From Pseudomonadota bacterium (GTDB taxonomy: Bacteria; Bdellovibrionota_C; UBA2361; OMII01): a stretch of 64,000 nucleotides of DNA. Each line of letters starts with the position of its first letter. Position 1 is the stretch's first letter. The stretch is taken from contig JAIXQT010000185.1 in assembly GCA_027485595.1 (NCBI GenBank), forward strand, positions 727 to 64,726. Reading direction: 5' to 3'. Of this stretch, positions 42,245 to 52,344 are shown piece by piece. Below the pieces are notes generated by a model. The model ran no database searches and was not told the DNA's origin. It saw only the letters and a list, made by a program, of their open reading frames with translations. The translations under genes and the position numbers were made by a program.

Positions 42245-44926
42245 ATGTCGACACGACTTGTCATAGTAGAATCGCCAACCAAGGCTCGCACCATCGAGAA
42301 GTTCTTAGGTAAGGATTTCGAGGTGTTAGCTTCCTATGGTCACGTCCGAGACCTGCCAAATAACGCGGCCGAGATCCCAGCTGAGGTCAAAAAACAGAAG
42401 TGGGCCCGGCTCGGAATTAACGTCGATAGCGACTTTTCGCCCCTCTACATCGTCCCGAGCGACAAAGAGAAGCGGGTTAACGAACTGAAACGCGCGGTAA
42501 AGAAGGCCTCGATGGTCTATCTCGCGACCGATGAAGATAGAGAGGGAGAGTCCATTAGTTGGCACCTTCTCGAGGTCCTTGACCCCAAGGTGCCTGTTAA
42601 GCGCTTGGTTTTCCACGAAATTACGAAGAAAGCTATTGAAGAGAGTCTCAGCAACGCTCGTGAGATAGACCAGAACCTCGTCCGAGCTCAAGAGACCCGA
42701 CGTATTATCGACCGTCTCTACGGCTATTCAGTCAGCCCTCTTCTCTGGAAGAAGATGGTGCCGCGCCTGAGCGCCGGCCGAGTTCAGAGCGTAGCTATGC
42801 GGCTGCTCGTTCAACGTGAACGGGAGCGTGCTCGGTTTAGATCTGCGGATTATTGGGACCTTAAAGCTCTCTTTGAGGCTCCCTCGGATAAAACGCTCCC
42901 CTTTGAGGGGCTGCTCACCCACGTGGACGGAAAGCGGGTTGCGAGCGGGCGCGACTTCGACGAAACAACGGGCAAGCTTAACGAGAAAGATTCGATCATC
43001 CTTCTTGATGAGGCAGCCGCTCAGCGCCTTGAAAAGTCACTCGGTTCAGCCACTCCCGAAATTGCTGAGGTAGAGAGCAAGCCGTTCACCCAACGCCCCT
43101 ACGCGCCATTTACCACCAGTACCCTCCAACAGGAGGGAAGCCGCAAACTCGGATTCGGCGCAAAGCGCACGATGGCGATAGCGCAAACGCTCTACGAGAA
43201 CGGATTTATCACCTACATGCGTACCGACTCAACGAATCTGTCTGACGAGGCGATCTCGGCAGCTCGCTCGCTGATCGGCAAAGAGTTCGGCGCTGAATTC
43301 CTTCCGAGCGCGCCCCGTATCTATAAGACCAAGGTGAAGAACGCGCAGGAAGCGCACGAAGCGATTCGCCCCGCGGGTGCTGAGTTTACATCGCCACAGA
43401 CGGTTAAAGATCGCCTCGGGCTCGAGGCTTTCCGCCTCTATGAGCTTATCTGGAAGCGAACCCTCGCATGCCAAATGAAGGACGCTGAGGGAACTCGGGT
43501 TGGCGTAACGATCCAAGTTAGCAACGCTACCTTCCGCGCGTCTGGAAAGACTATCTCATTCGCCGGATTCCTCCGCGCGTACGTTGAGGGTTCCGACGAC
43601 CCAGAGGGCGACCTTGCTGAGCAGGAGCGCAACCTTCCCCCTCTCAAACAGGGCGATAAGGTATCAGCGATGGGGTATGATGTTCTTAAACACACGACCC
43701 AGCCACCAGCTCGATACACTGAGGGCACGCTCATCAAGGAGCTTGAGAAGCTTGGCATCGGTCGGCCTAGCACATGGGCAACGATCGTGGATGTCGTACT
43801 CTCTCGAGACTATGCATTTAAGAAGGGCACCGCTCTCGTTCCAAGCTTCCTCGCTATCGGAGTGACATCCCTCTTAGAGAACTACTTCTCACACCTCGTT
43901 GATTACGAATTCACCGCGAACCTTGAGGACGATCTCGACGCGATCTCCCGCGGCGAGAAGGACAACCTCGAGAAACTTCGATCATTCTACTTCGGCGAAG
44001 AGAGCATCTCGAAAGGATTGAAGGATCTCGTAACGCAAGGAGAGGAGACAATAGATCCTCGAGAGGTGTGTGGGATTAACCTTGGGGTCGATACCCAAGG
44101 AAGAAAAGTTGAAATCCGTATCGGTCGTTGGGGACCATTCCTCTCCAACGGGGAAACCCGTGCCAGCCTTCCAGACGGCGCCGCCTTCGATGAGTTGACT
44201 GCCGAAAAAGCTGAGGCGCTTCTCGTAGAGGCCGCCAAGGGTCCAGCATCTCTTGGGAACGACCCAGAGACAAACGAGCCGATTTACCTTAAGAAAGGCC
44301 GCTTTGGTCCGTACATCCAACGCGGAGAAATGGTTGAGGGAGGCGAGAAGCCTAAGATGGCCTCACTCCTTCCCGGCATGGCACCTGACTCCGTAACCCT
44401 TGAGACAGCGCTTATGCTCCTGTCGCTCCCGCGCACCGTAGGAAAGAATCCGGAGAACGACGCGGATATTACGATCCAAAACGGTCGCTTCGGTCCGTAC
44501 ATCAAGTGCGGAGTCGAGAGCAGAACGATCCCAGCAGATGAGTCTCCTTTTACGATGACCCTTGAGCGAACGCTTGAGATCTTAAAGCAACCTCGCTCTC
44601 GTGGCCGCGCTTCGAATCAGCCCAAGACCTTAAAAGAGGTCGGAAAGCACCCACGCTCTGGAGAGGCCGTTTCTATCAAGAGCGGTCGCTACGGACCTTA
44701 CGTGACGGATGGGACCGTGAACGCATCCCTACCTCAGGGCGCAGATCCTGAGGCCCTCACGATGGAGCAAGCGGTCGAGCTTCTCGATGCGCGCGCAGCG
44801 AAGGGACCTTCGAAGGGACGCAAGCGCGCGGCGAAAGCTAAGACCACCGCGGCGCCCAAGAAAAAGGCGGCGACACCGAAGAAGCCTCGCGCTAAAGCCT
44901 CGAAGAAGGCGGCGGCTGAGGAATAG
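42245..44926 (+). CDS. topA: DNA topoisomerase I
   Basis: 893 aa. Toprim LATDEDREGE and active-site Tyr block GFITYMRTDS. The C-terminal region has four GR(F/W/Y)GP(F/Y) repeats without Cys4 zinc ribbons and a Lys/Ala-rich tail. Confidence 0.95.
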   Translation: MSTRLVIVESPTKARTIEKFLGKDFEVLASYGHVRDLPNNAAEIPAEVKKQKWARLGINVDSDFSPLYIVPSDKEKRVNELKRAVKKASMVYLATDEDREGESISWHLLEVLDPKVPVKRLVFHEITKKAIEESLSNAREIDQNLVRAQETRRIIDRLYGYSVSPLLWKKMVPRLSAGRVQSVAMRLLVQRERERARFRSADYWDLKALFEAPSDKTLPFEGLLTHVDGKRVASGRDFDETTGKLNEKDSIILLDEAAAQRLEKSLGSATPEIAEVESKPFTQRPYAPFTTSTLQQEGSRKLGFGAKRTMAIAQTLYENGFITYMRTDSTNLSDEAISAARSLIGKEFGAEFLPSAPRIYKTKVKNAQEAHEAIRPAGAEFTSPQTVKDRLGLEAFRLYELIWKRTLACQMKDAEGTRVGVTIQVSNATFRASGKTISFAGFLRAYVEGSDDPEGDLAEQERNLPPLKQGDKVSAMGYDVLKHTTQPPARYTEGTLIKELEKLGIGRPSTWATIVDVVLSRDYAFKKGTALVPSFLAIGVTSLLENYFSHLVDYEFTANLEDDLDAISRGEKDNLEKLRSFYFGEESISKGLKDLVTQGEETIDPREVCGINLGVDTQGRKVEIRIGRWGPFLSNGETRASLPDGAAFDELTAEKAEALLVEAAKGPASLGNDPETNEPIYLKKGRFGPYIQRGEMVEGGEKPKMASLLPGMAPDSVTLETALMLLSLPRTVGKNPENDADITIQNGRFGPYIKCGVESRTIPADESPFTMTLERTLEILKQPRSRGRASNQPKTLKEVGKHPRSGEAVSIKSGRYGPYVTDGTVNASLPQGADPEALTMEQAVELLDARAAKGPSKGRKRAAKAKTTAAPKKKAATPKKPRAKASKKAAAEE

Positions 44927-45197
44927 CGTTACAGACAACGTTCCCCTCCAAAGCACGGCTTGCGATCCGGGAGGGCCATTCCTGACCGCCGAAACATCGC
45001 GAATTACACATACCCCGTGCCTCTCGCAACCACACGGCGCGCAGGAATGAGCGCCTTCCTGTTGAACGCCCCTAGGTTTCAGGCAAACCCAGCGGGCAAA
45101 ATAAGACATCGTTCCCAAGAAGCGTACTAATCCTTTCGCACTATGCAAATTTTTTACACCGCGTTACCTAATTGCGGAATCAAATCCTAGAAGGCTT

Positions 45198-46085
45198 ATG
45201 CAGACCATCGTATATCTCACCCTCCTCTACTTTCTGTTCGGCTCCCTCATCGGGAGTTTCCTGAGCGTATGCGCATACCGAATCCCGATGGGAAAGTACG
45301 AGCCCATTCACGAGGGGGTTAAAGAGCTTAACCGAACGCTCTCAATTATCAGCCCAGCCCGCTCATTCTGCCCACGATGCGAGAAAACACTCGCGTGGTG
45401 GCACACCATCCCCCTCGTTTCATGGCTTATTCTGCGAGGTCGATGCGGACATTGCGATGCGACGATTCCTTTCCGTTATTTCTTCATCGAACTCATGACG
45501 GGACTACTGTGCGCTCTCACCTTCCTGCGCTTCGGCCCCTCGATCACAGGCCTCGTTGCGTTCGGCTTTATTTGCCTCTGCATCATCATCGCCTTCATCG
45601 ATCTCGACTACATGATCATCCCTGACGTAATTACGTATCCGGCGACATGCGCGGGTCTCGCCATCGGAGTTATCAATCGCTACGCGCCCGTTCCATTTCT
45701 GCGCCACCCCTTTGTCTCATCACCCTTAGAATCTTTCTACGGACTCCTCATGGGTCCTGGCCTCTTGCTCGCGGTTTGGTGGCTCTATTTCAAAATTAGA
45801 AAACGAGAGGGGCTTGGACTCGGAGACGTCAAATTCCTCGCCGTGGTGGGCGCGACGTTCGGCATGGAGAGCGCATGGTTCACAATCTTCTTTGGCTCAA
45901 TCCTCGGTTCAGTTATCGCGATCGTCGCGCTCATCGCGCGCCGAGGATCATTCGCGAGCTACTTCCCGTTTGGGCCATATCTCGTTGTCGCCGCGGTAGC
46001 CTATATTTTCGATCTTCATCTCCTCATCGGGCACCTGCTCGCCCCTACAACCCCAATCACATGGTGGATAGCGACACAGGTATGA
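45198..46085 (+). CDS. pilD: prepilin peptidase (A24 family)
   Basis: N-terminal Cys-rich CPRC..CGHC, multiple TM helices and GLGLGDVKFLAVVG. Confidence 0.85.
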   Translation: MQTIVYLTLLYFLFGSLIGSFLSVCAYRIPMGKYEPIHEGVKELNRTLSIISPARSFCPRCEKTLAWWHTIPLVSWLILRGRCGHCDATIPFRYFFIELMTGLLCALTFLRFGPSITGLVAFGFICLCIIIAFIDLDYMIIPDVITYPATCAGLAIGVINRYAPVPFLRHPFVSSPLESFYGLLMGPGLLLAVWWLYFKIRKREGLGLGDVKFLAVVGATFGMESAWFTIFFGSILGSVIAIVALIARRGSFASYFPFGPYLVVAAVAYIFDLHLLIGHLLAPTTPITWWIATQV

Positions 46086-47506
46086 CAGCAGCCGCGCAAG
46101 CAGATCTTGGTAGACTTCACATCCTCATCATAGATGACGATCAAGAGGTTCGCTCGTCGCTCCAAACTGTACTCGAGACGCTCGGCTACTCAACTCAAAC
46201 GGCGGCGACCGGAGAGCAAGGCTTACACGCGATAGAACGAACGGCTTTCGATCTTGTTCTCTGCGACCTGAGACTTCCCGGAGCCTCAGGGCTCGACGTC
46301 CTCAAGCACAAAAGCTCCGCGGTACCCCTCATTCTTATGACCGCGTACGGAAACTCGGACATCGCCACACAAGCGGCACGCGGTGGTGCGTTTGACTACA
46401 TCTCAAAACCCATTAACCCAGACGACCTCATCTTCATCTTGCGCAAGTTCGAGGACTTTGAGCGACTCAAACGAGAGAATGAGACGCTGAAGTCTCATCT
46501 CTCCGAGAAATATTCGTTTAAAAATATCGTGGCCCAGAGCGAAAGCTTCAAAGAGGTTTTCGAGACAATTAAACGTCTTTCACCTTTCAACACAACGGTC
46601 ATGATCACCGGCGAATCGGGCACAGGGAAGGAGCTGCTGGCTCGCGCTCTGCACGAAAGCTCTCCGCGGCGAGGGAAGCCGTTCGTCGCTATCAATTGCG
46701 GGGCCATTCCAGAGAACCTCATGGAGTCCGAACTTTTTGGACACAAGAAAGGCGCTTTCACAGATGCAAGCAGAGACAAGAAAGGGCTGTTTGAGGAGGC
46801 GAGCGGTGGCACCCTGTTTCTCGATGAGGTCGGAGAGCTTCCACTGCATCTTCAGGTGAAACTGTTACGAGCGCTTCAAGAGCAAACTATTCGTCGAGTT
46901 GGTGACGAACAGAGCATCCCGATCGATGTTCGCCTCGTTTCCGCAACGCTCCGGAACCTTGAAAACGACGCGCTTGAGGGGAGGTTTCGCGAGGACCTTC
47001 TGTATAGGCTCAACGTTGTCTCCATTCACCTTCCACCACTCCGAGAGCGGATAGAGGATATATCCCTTCTGATTGAGCACTTCATGCAGAAACACTCAAA
47101 GCGACTCGGCATCCCGGCGAAGAAGATCACCACCGAGGTCATGAAGGTTCTCCTTGAGTACGAGTGGCGCGGTAACGCACGCGAGCTTGAGAACTGTATG
47201 GAGCGAGCTCTCGTTCTCTCTCAGGGAGACGATATCGGACTCGATTCTCTACCTGATCAGGTTACTCGAGGACACTCAACGCGACAGCAAAACGCCTCCG
47301 GCATACATGACAAGGTCGATGACAACCTCTCTATCAAACAGAAAACCGCGGCGCTTGAGATCGACCTGATTCAACGTGCTCTGGCGAAAACGGGTGGTAA
47401 TCGAACCCATGCGGCGAAGATCCTCGAGATCAGTCACCGGGCTCTCCTCTACAAATTAAAGGAGTACGGGCTTTCCGGAGGGGACTCGGGGGCAAAAGAG
47501 AGCTAA
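46082..47506 (+). CDS. sigma-54-dependent response regulator (NtrC/PilR family)
   Basis: Receiver ILIIDDD..LVLCDLRLPG, AAA+ GESGTGKE, the GAFTGA variant GAFTDA and a C-terminal HTH. The ATG at 46082 overlaps the pilD stop (ATGA). The upstream part of ORF 45875.. is out-of-frame pilD sequence. Confidence 0.9.
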   Translation: MTAAAQADLGRLHILIIDDDQEVRSSLQTVLETLGYSTQTAATGEQGLHAIERTAFDLVLCDLRLPGASGLDVLKHKSSAVPLILMTAYGNSDIATQAARGGAFDYISKPINPDDLIFILRKFEDFERLKRENETLKSHLSEKYSFKNIVAQSESFKEVFETIKRLSPFNTTVMITGESGTGKELLARALHESSPRRGKPFVAINCGAIPENLMESELFGHKKGAFTDASRDKKGLFEEASGGTLFLDEVGELPLHLQVKLLRALQEQTIRRVGDEQSIPIDVRLVSATLRNLENDALEGRFREDLLYRLNVVSIHLPPLRERIEDISLLIEHFMQKHSKRLGIPAKKITTEVMKVLLEYEWRGNARELENCMERALVLSQGDDIGLDSLPDQVTRGHSTRQQNASGIHDKVDDNLSIKQKTAALEIDLIQRALAKTGGNRTHAAKILEISHRALLYKLKEYGLSGGDSGAKES

Positions 47507-47780
47507 CTAGGCTCGTAGGATATACAAAACATACGCCCCTTCCAGGTTGGTCTCAGGCGAGCGGATCTTTCCTAACTCCCTGGTAGCTGACCGCCCGTTG
47601 AAACCTGTCGTCTCACGGCACCCCAAACACCCCCAAAACGACCAAAAAAACGACGAAAAATTTTATACTTTTTTTGTGTCCGTAAGCACCTTTTTCGTCA
47701 TTTAACCGATTAATATAACTAGACTTATCGCTAACAGCCGGCATTTGGTGGAAAGCACCAGAGTGCCTTAATCTAGAAGT

Positions 47781-49463
47781 ATGCTTTCACAACGAACAGT
47801 CGAGCAGCTTATCCCTATCCTCAAGAAGGACGCTCGTCGTGCACTCAAGATGAGGGTCCGTGGTTTTGTACATCCGTACTACTGCGCTTTTTTGTTGAAG
47901 GATGTCCACTGGTTCAACACATGGGCGAGCAGTGGGTCGACCTGCCGCTCTCAAACTGATCGCTCACGAAATGTAAACTGCGATCTCCGGGTTGGGTCAT
48001 ACGATTACGACCAGGTGCTCGACGGTGGTCTTCGTGAGATGGACGAGGATCTTGAATCTCTCGCTCACTCTAATGTTCCGATTGATGACAACAACTTCGA
48101 TGGGTTGCGCATCACCGTGTGGAAGCTTCTTGAGAGCAAGTTCAGAGAAGCTCTTACTGAATACAACAACAAAGAGGCGAGTCGTATCTCCACTCGAGAT
48201 CCCAACAACGGGCTCTCGTCCTTCACAAAAGCGAAGAGGGCGTCGTATCGACACCTCGCTCGCATGGAATCGGTAGATCAGGAAGCGTGGGATAAATTCT
48301 GCAAAAGGGCTTCGCTCTGGATGTCCACTCTACCCCGCCTCTCCGGTAGTTGGGTTGAATTTGATGCCTCACAAGAGACTCGCATCTTCGTGAACACGGA
48401 GGGGAGCGTCATAGCTCAGAATACTCAAGTCTTTTCCCTGTCCGCCAACTTCCATAAGCTCACCAAGGAGGGATCGAGACTTGAGCAGGAGCTTGTCATC
48501 AACTGTGGCTCTCTGAAAGAGCTCCCCGACTTCGCGAGCTTTAAGAAATTAGCCCTCGAGAAATATGACAAGCTGATGCGCATGGCACGGGCCAAGAAGA
48601 TCCATGCATTTTCCGGTCCGGTGCTTCTTCACCCTGGCCCCGCGGGTCTTCTCTTCCATGAGGCGGTAGGACACCGTCTTGAGGGAAGCAGGCTCCTATC
48701 AAGTGGCGAGGGACAAACCTTTAAGGGTCAGGAGGGCAAGCAGATCCTCAAAGTGCCAATAACCGTGCGAGACAACCCCAACCTAAAGGAGTTCAACGGT
48801 CAGCGATGTATCGGCTCATACGCATACGACGATGAGGGGGTACGAGCATCCGACACCGTGCTTATCGAGGATGGAATATTAAAGAGCTACCTCACAACCC
48901 GCTCCGCAATCACGAAGGGAAGGTACCAATCAAATGGGCACGCACGGACGAAGTCGAACCAGCGACCAATTAGTCGCATGGCCGTCACCGTTGTTGAGGG
49001 TAAGAACGGTCTCCCACTCGACAAGCTCAAGAACCGACTCGTTCAAGAGGTACGGCGTCAAAAGAAGCCCTTCGGTTTGATCGTGTACGAGACCTCTGGG
49101 GGTGAGACCGACACCACAAACTACGACTTTCAGGCGTTCTCCGGCGATATATCCTACGCGACCCTCATCTATCCAAACGGGCGAGAGGTTCCGGTGCGCG
49201 GCATCAACTTTGTTGGAACCCCCCTGCAGTCCCTCAATAACATTATCGCCATGGGAGACACCCCAGTGGTCGACAATGGATTCTGCGGGGCAGAGTCGGG
49301 ACTCCTGCCTATCACCACCATCTCACCAGCGGCTTTGATTAGTAATCTCGAGCTCCAAGGTAAGGACGAGGAGCTCGTGACCCCAAGTATCCTTCAACGG
49401 CCAAAGAGCCTTCACCGGAAGCGTAAGCGCTCAAAACAACGGCGCAGGAGGGGGAACGGATAG
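47781..49463 (+). CDS. tldD: TldD/PmbA-family metalloprotease
   Basis: 560 aa. LFHEAVGHRLEG metal-binding block, the family's Gly-rich C-terminal region and a basic tail. Confidence 0.8.
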   Translation: MLSQRTVEQLIPILKKDARRALKMRVRGFVHPYYCAFLLKDVHWFNTWASSGSTCRSQTDRSRNVNCDLRVGSYDYDQVLDGGLREMDEDLESLAHSNVPIDDNNFDGLRITVWKLLESKFREALTEYNNKEASRISTRDPNNGLSSFTKAKRASYRHLARMESVDQEAWDKFCKRASLWMSTLPRLSGSWVEFDASQETRIFVNTEGSVIAQNTQVFSLSANFHKLTKEGSRLEQELVINCGSLKELPDFASFKKLALEKYDKLMRMARAKKIHAFSGPVLLHPGPAGLLFHEAVGHRLEGSRLLSSGEGQTFKGQEGKQILKVPITVRDNPNLKEFNGQRCIGSYAYDDEGVRASDTVLIEDGILKSYLTTRSAITKGRYQSNGHARTKSNQRPISRMAVTVVEGKNGLPLDKLKNRLVQEVRRQKKPFGLIVYETSGGETDTTNYDFQAFSGDISYATLIYPNGREVPVRGINFVGTPLQSLNNIIAMGDTPVVDNGFCGAESGLLPITTISPAALISNLELQGKDEELVTPSILQRPKSLHRKRKRSKQRRRRGNG

Positions 49464-49747
49464 CCCCCTGGTCACCCTGCGGTGGGCACAGCTTCATGCG
49501 TTTCTAGCGTGAACGTGGGGGCCGGGTCTGGAAGCTGCCCTAACCTGATGTACGGTAGCTAACGCCTGCCCAGAGCGGTTGTAAGAGCCACGCTGCTATT
49601 TCTTTGGGGACGTTTCCCGTTTACGGTTACGTGAAAGAACTACTATACAAACGCGGTTCAACATCCATAAAAATATCCCACCCTACCGCACCTATCCCCC
49701 CAATAGGGTCATCCTAACCTTTACGGTAGGGAAGCGAGGCAAAACCC

Positions 49748-49842
49748 CACGTAAACGTGCTCGTAAACGTGAACGTGAACGTACCCGGAATAAGAATACC
49801 AACGTTTTCGGGTACGTTTACGAGCACGCGCACGGTCACGTG
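49748..49842. promoter_or_regulatory. hexamer-periodic ACGT array embedded in a long imperfect palindrome, upstream of 49898..50800
   Basis: acgtaa|acgtgc|tcgtaa|acgtga|acgtga|acgtac. The left arm gtgctcgtaaacgt[gaacgtgaac]gtacccg (49757..49787) pairs with cgggtacgtttacgagcac (49809..49827). Confidence 0.4.
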
Positions 49843-49897
49843 TCGGTGTCCACAATTAAACTAATAGCAGTTTTTCCTCGCTTCCTTAGGAGTAGCT

Positions 49898-50800
49898 ATG
49901 TCCAGTGGTACGTTTGAGCCCCGTCTGAACCGCCGCACGGTAACGATGGATGACAGAAAGGTGGTAAGGGAGGTCGTACAACAGTCGGCCCTCCAGCCTA
50001 TTACTCCAACTCGTACCGAGCAGGTCTACGTCCCTACTGCTCAGCCTCCCCCAAAAGCTCAAGGCTATGCGGCTCTTGCCCCCCAGCACTCTCAGCCACT
50101 CTCCACGAGTGCTCCTAGCGGATCGGTATACCCTCCGACCTATCCACAGGAACAGAGCTACCACCGAGTCGAACAATCGAATCTCAAGCCCCTCCTGCCA
50201 ACCCAGACACCTATCGTTGCGCCTGAGGGATGTACCGTGTTGGTTATTAACGCAAGCCAGAGCATGGCGCACGAGATAACCCTTGAGCTCTCTCGCACCC
50301 TACCAGGATCGACGATCCTCTTTGCGCCGACATTGAGCCTTGCGTTGTGGATCTTAAAGCGACGTCAGATAAATCTAATCCTCTCAAGCGCTATCCTTCC
50401 CGACGGCGCGCTTGGAACGCTGCATCAGTTCATCGAACTGATGTCGCCTCCACCGGAGTTGGTCGTCATCAGCGATCTCCACTCCACTCGCGCCGAGCTC
50501 GGCTCGCATCCAGGATATCGTTTCGTAGAGCTGCGACGAGTATCCACCCGCCAGGGAGAGGAGCGGCAGGTAATGCAGAGCCGTATCTCAGAACTTGGCG
50601 CGAATATTCGTAACGACCTTAACAACCCGCTTCAAGAGATAGTGGCTATGGCCTTCGTCGCTCACTCGAGTCAAGGGATCTCACCCATGGCGGAGGAGGC
50701 TTTATCGGCTATTCAACGCGCGGCGGGGAATATGGCTGATGTGGTAAACCGACTGGAGGATCAGATTCGGGTGGTTGTGTCGGACTCGTCTCCCGCGTAA
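49898..50800 (+). CDS. hypothetical protein with degenerate receiver-like and HisKA-like segments
   Basis: 300 aa. Pro/Gln-rich N-terminus. The VLVINASQ..INLILSSAILPDG receiver-like region lacks the acidic pocket and the phospho-Asp. ANIRNDLNNPLQEIVAMAF resembles the HisKA H-box with Asn in place of His. Confidence 0.5.
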   Translation: MSSGTFEPRLNRRTVTMDDRKVVREVVQQSALQPITPTRTEQVYVPTAQPPPKAQGYAALAPQHSQPLSTSAPSGSVYPPTYPQEQSYHRVEQSNLKPLLPTQTPIVAPEGCTVLVINASQSMAHEITLELSRTLPGSTILFAPTLSLALWILKRRQINLILSSAILPDGALGTLHQFIELMSPPPELVVISDLHSTRAELGSHPGYRFVELRRVSTRQGEERQVMQSRISELGANIRNDLNNPLQEIVAMAFVAHSSQGISPMAEEALSAIQRAAGNMADVVNRLEDQIRVVVSDSSPA

Positions 50801-50860
50801 GCCATACGCCCGGAGTTTTTCGTTTGCAAACCTGCCCCTCCCCGCTATCCTCTTCATCCT

Positions 50861-52120
50861 ATGCGATCCTCGACACACCTTCCTCGCGACAATGACCCTC
50901 AATCATGGGTCCCCTTCGGAATGGTCGTAGTGATATTAGCGGTCGTGCTCGTTATTTTTCCGCTCAAATTGAGATCATTCGGCACGATCGACTTTGCCCA
51001 GTATTGGTCGGGATGGAACCTTTTGATTAACGGTCAAAATCCATACCAATCCATTTTTGCCAATCAAGGGGAACTGGATGTCACACTTTTCCCTGGTGAA
51101 ATTACACATTCGTGGAATCCCCCATGGACGTATACCCTACTCTCCCCTGTAGTGAGCCTTCCCTTTACGGCGTCCGCAATAGTGTGGTGCCTTCTAGAGG
51201 TATCGGCGCTATTTTTTATAGCACTGCGAGGCCCTCAAGCTTTAAAAACGAAAGGGATAGGAGTCATCTGGGGAGCCGTCGCGGTCCTCGTATTCTTGCC
51301 TTCGCTGTACTGCATACAATACGGTCAACTGGGGATCCTTTTCGCTTTTTGCCTCACAACTTTCCTCCTCGCCGTGAATTCGAAGGCCTATGCTTGGGCT
51401 GGCTTGTCACTTATCCCTCTCACCGCTAAACCTCATCTTTTTCTTCTGTGCGGTATTCCTGGTGTTTTATGGCTCACTCAACTTCCAGCTCGAGACGCCG
51501 CGCGTTTTCTTTGGGGAAGCGTCGGTGGGTTTGCGGTACTCCTGGGCGCGACCGTAGCAATAGCACCAACATCTCTCAGTAACTGGCTTCACGCAATCGC
51601 GACCTCTCCGGATGACGCACAAGTCGTTCACCTCACGTCGTGGATGACTCACACGACTGCTACAGCCACTCGCCTTTTTTTAATTGATACCATCAACAGT
51701 AATCCTACCTGGCCTCTGACGGTCATACCGGCGATCGCATGTATCACAACCTTCATCTATTTTATTTTCCGTAGACCAATCATTGAGTGGTCTACACTCC
51801 TTCCTCGTGTGTTATGCATTTCACTGGGAACGTCAAGCTATGGATGGATACACGATCAAACGGTTCTCGTGCTCTGCCCCCTGTTGCTAGTTTCCATCGC
51901 CCTCAGTCGTGAGAGCGCGAGCGCCAGAGCTTTAATCATTTCGGCCGCGCTCTTACCACAACTTATTTCCCTCGCCTACGTTGCGTCGAGCCCGCAAGCG
52001 ATGAGAGCTTTTTTTATCTTACCTTGGTTCTATTTGCTGCTTTTGCTCATAGTGCTACCTGACGACCAGAAAGTGCAGACACGCGATAATGATGAATTAC
52101 GATCCCCACGTCCGGGATAA
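50861..52120 (+). CDS. polytopic membrane protein, GT-C-type (DUF2029/GT87-like) glycosyltransferase candidate
   Basis: 419 aa with about 10 hydrophobic helices. The assignment rests on overall topology and composition only. Confidence 0.5.
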   Translation: MRSSTHLPRDNDPQSWVPFGMVVVILAVVLVIFPLKLRSFGTIDFAQYWSGWNLLINGQNPYQSIFANQGELDVTLFPGEITHSWNPPWTYTLLSPVVSLPFTASAIVWCLLEVSALFFIALRGPQALKTKGIGVIWGAVAVLVFLPSLYCIQYGQLGILFAFCLTTFLLAVNSKAYAWAGLSLIPLTAKPHLFLLCGIPGVLWLTQLPARDAARFLWGSVGGFAVLLGATVAIAPTSLSNWLHAIATSPDDAQVVHLTSWMTHTTATATRLFLIDTINSNPTWPLTVIPAIACITTFIYFIFRRPIIEWSTLLPRVLCISLGTSSYGWIHDQTVLVLCPLLLVSIALSRESASARALIISAALLPQLISLAYVASSPQAMRAFFILPWFYLLLLLIVLPDDQKVQTRDNDELRSPRPG

Positions 52121-52344
52121 AGCTTGAAGCCGTGCGGTGTATGATGCGTAGGTGTTCCACACGGCGCTATCGCTTCACGACAACGCCATGAAAATGAGCT
52201 TGTAGCGAGATTAAGCGAAATTCGTTAACTGAGGTGTACACCCAAAGGCGCCGAAACGCTCTCACCTGAGTGGTGGTGAGTATCTTTTTGTCCGCGGACC
52301 CGCCGACTGGCCTTCGCAGGTGGGGCATTTCTGCGGGCCTTCGA

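Noticed and set aside
45875-46081. N-terminal 69 codons of ORF 45875..47506
   Set aside because: This stretch is out-of-frame pilD coding sequence. The receiver domain begins right after the ATG at 46082, which overlaps the pilD stop. Similar spurious 5' extensions were trimmed for apt, mtnN, recJ, both lepB copies and ygfZ.
49480-49500. Sigma-54 promoter candidate gggcacagcttcatgcg
   Set aside because: The GG/GC spacing is off by one, and the -12 element is ATGC rather than TTGC. This is too weak to call without a matrix scan.
49748-49842. CRISPR-like or coding interpretation of the ACGT hexamer array
   Set aside because: The repeat unit is only 6 nt with no spacers, so it is not CRISPR. 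The RKRARKRERER-type frame has no start codon, and no ORF of 60 aa or more appears in the track.
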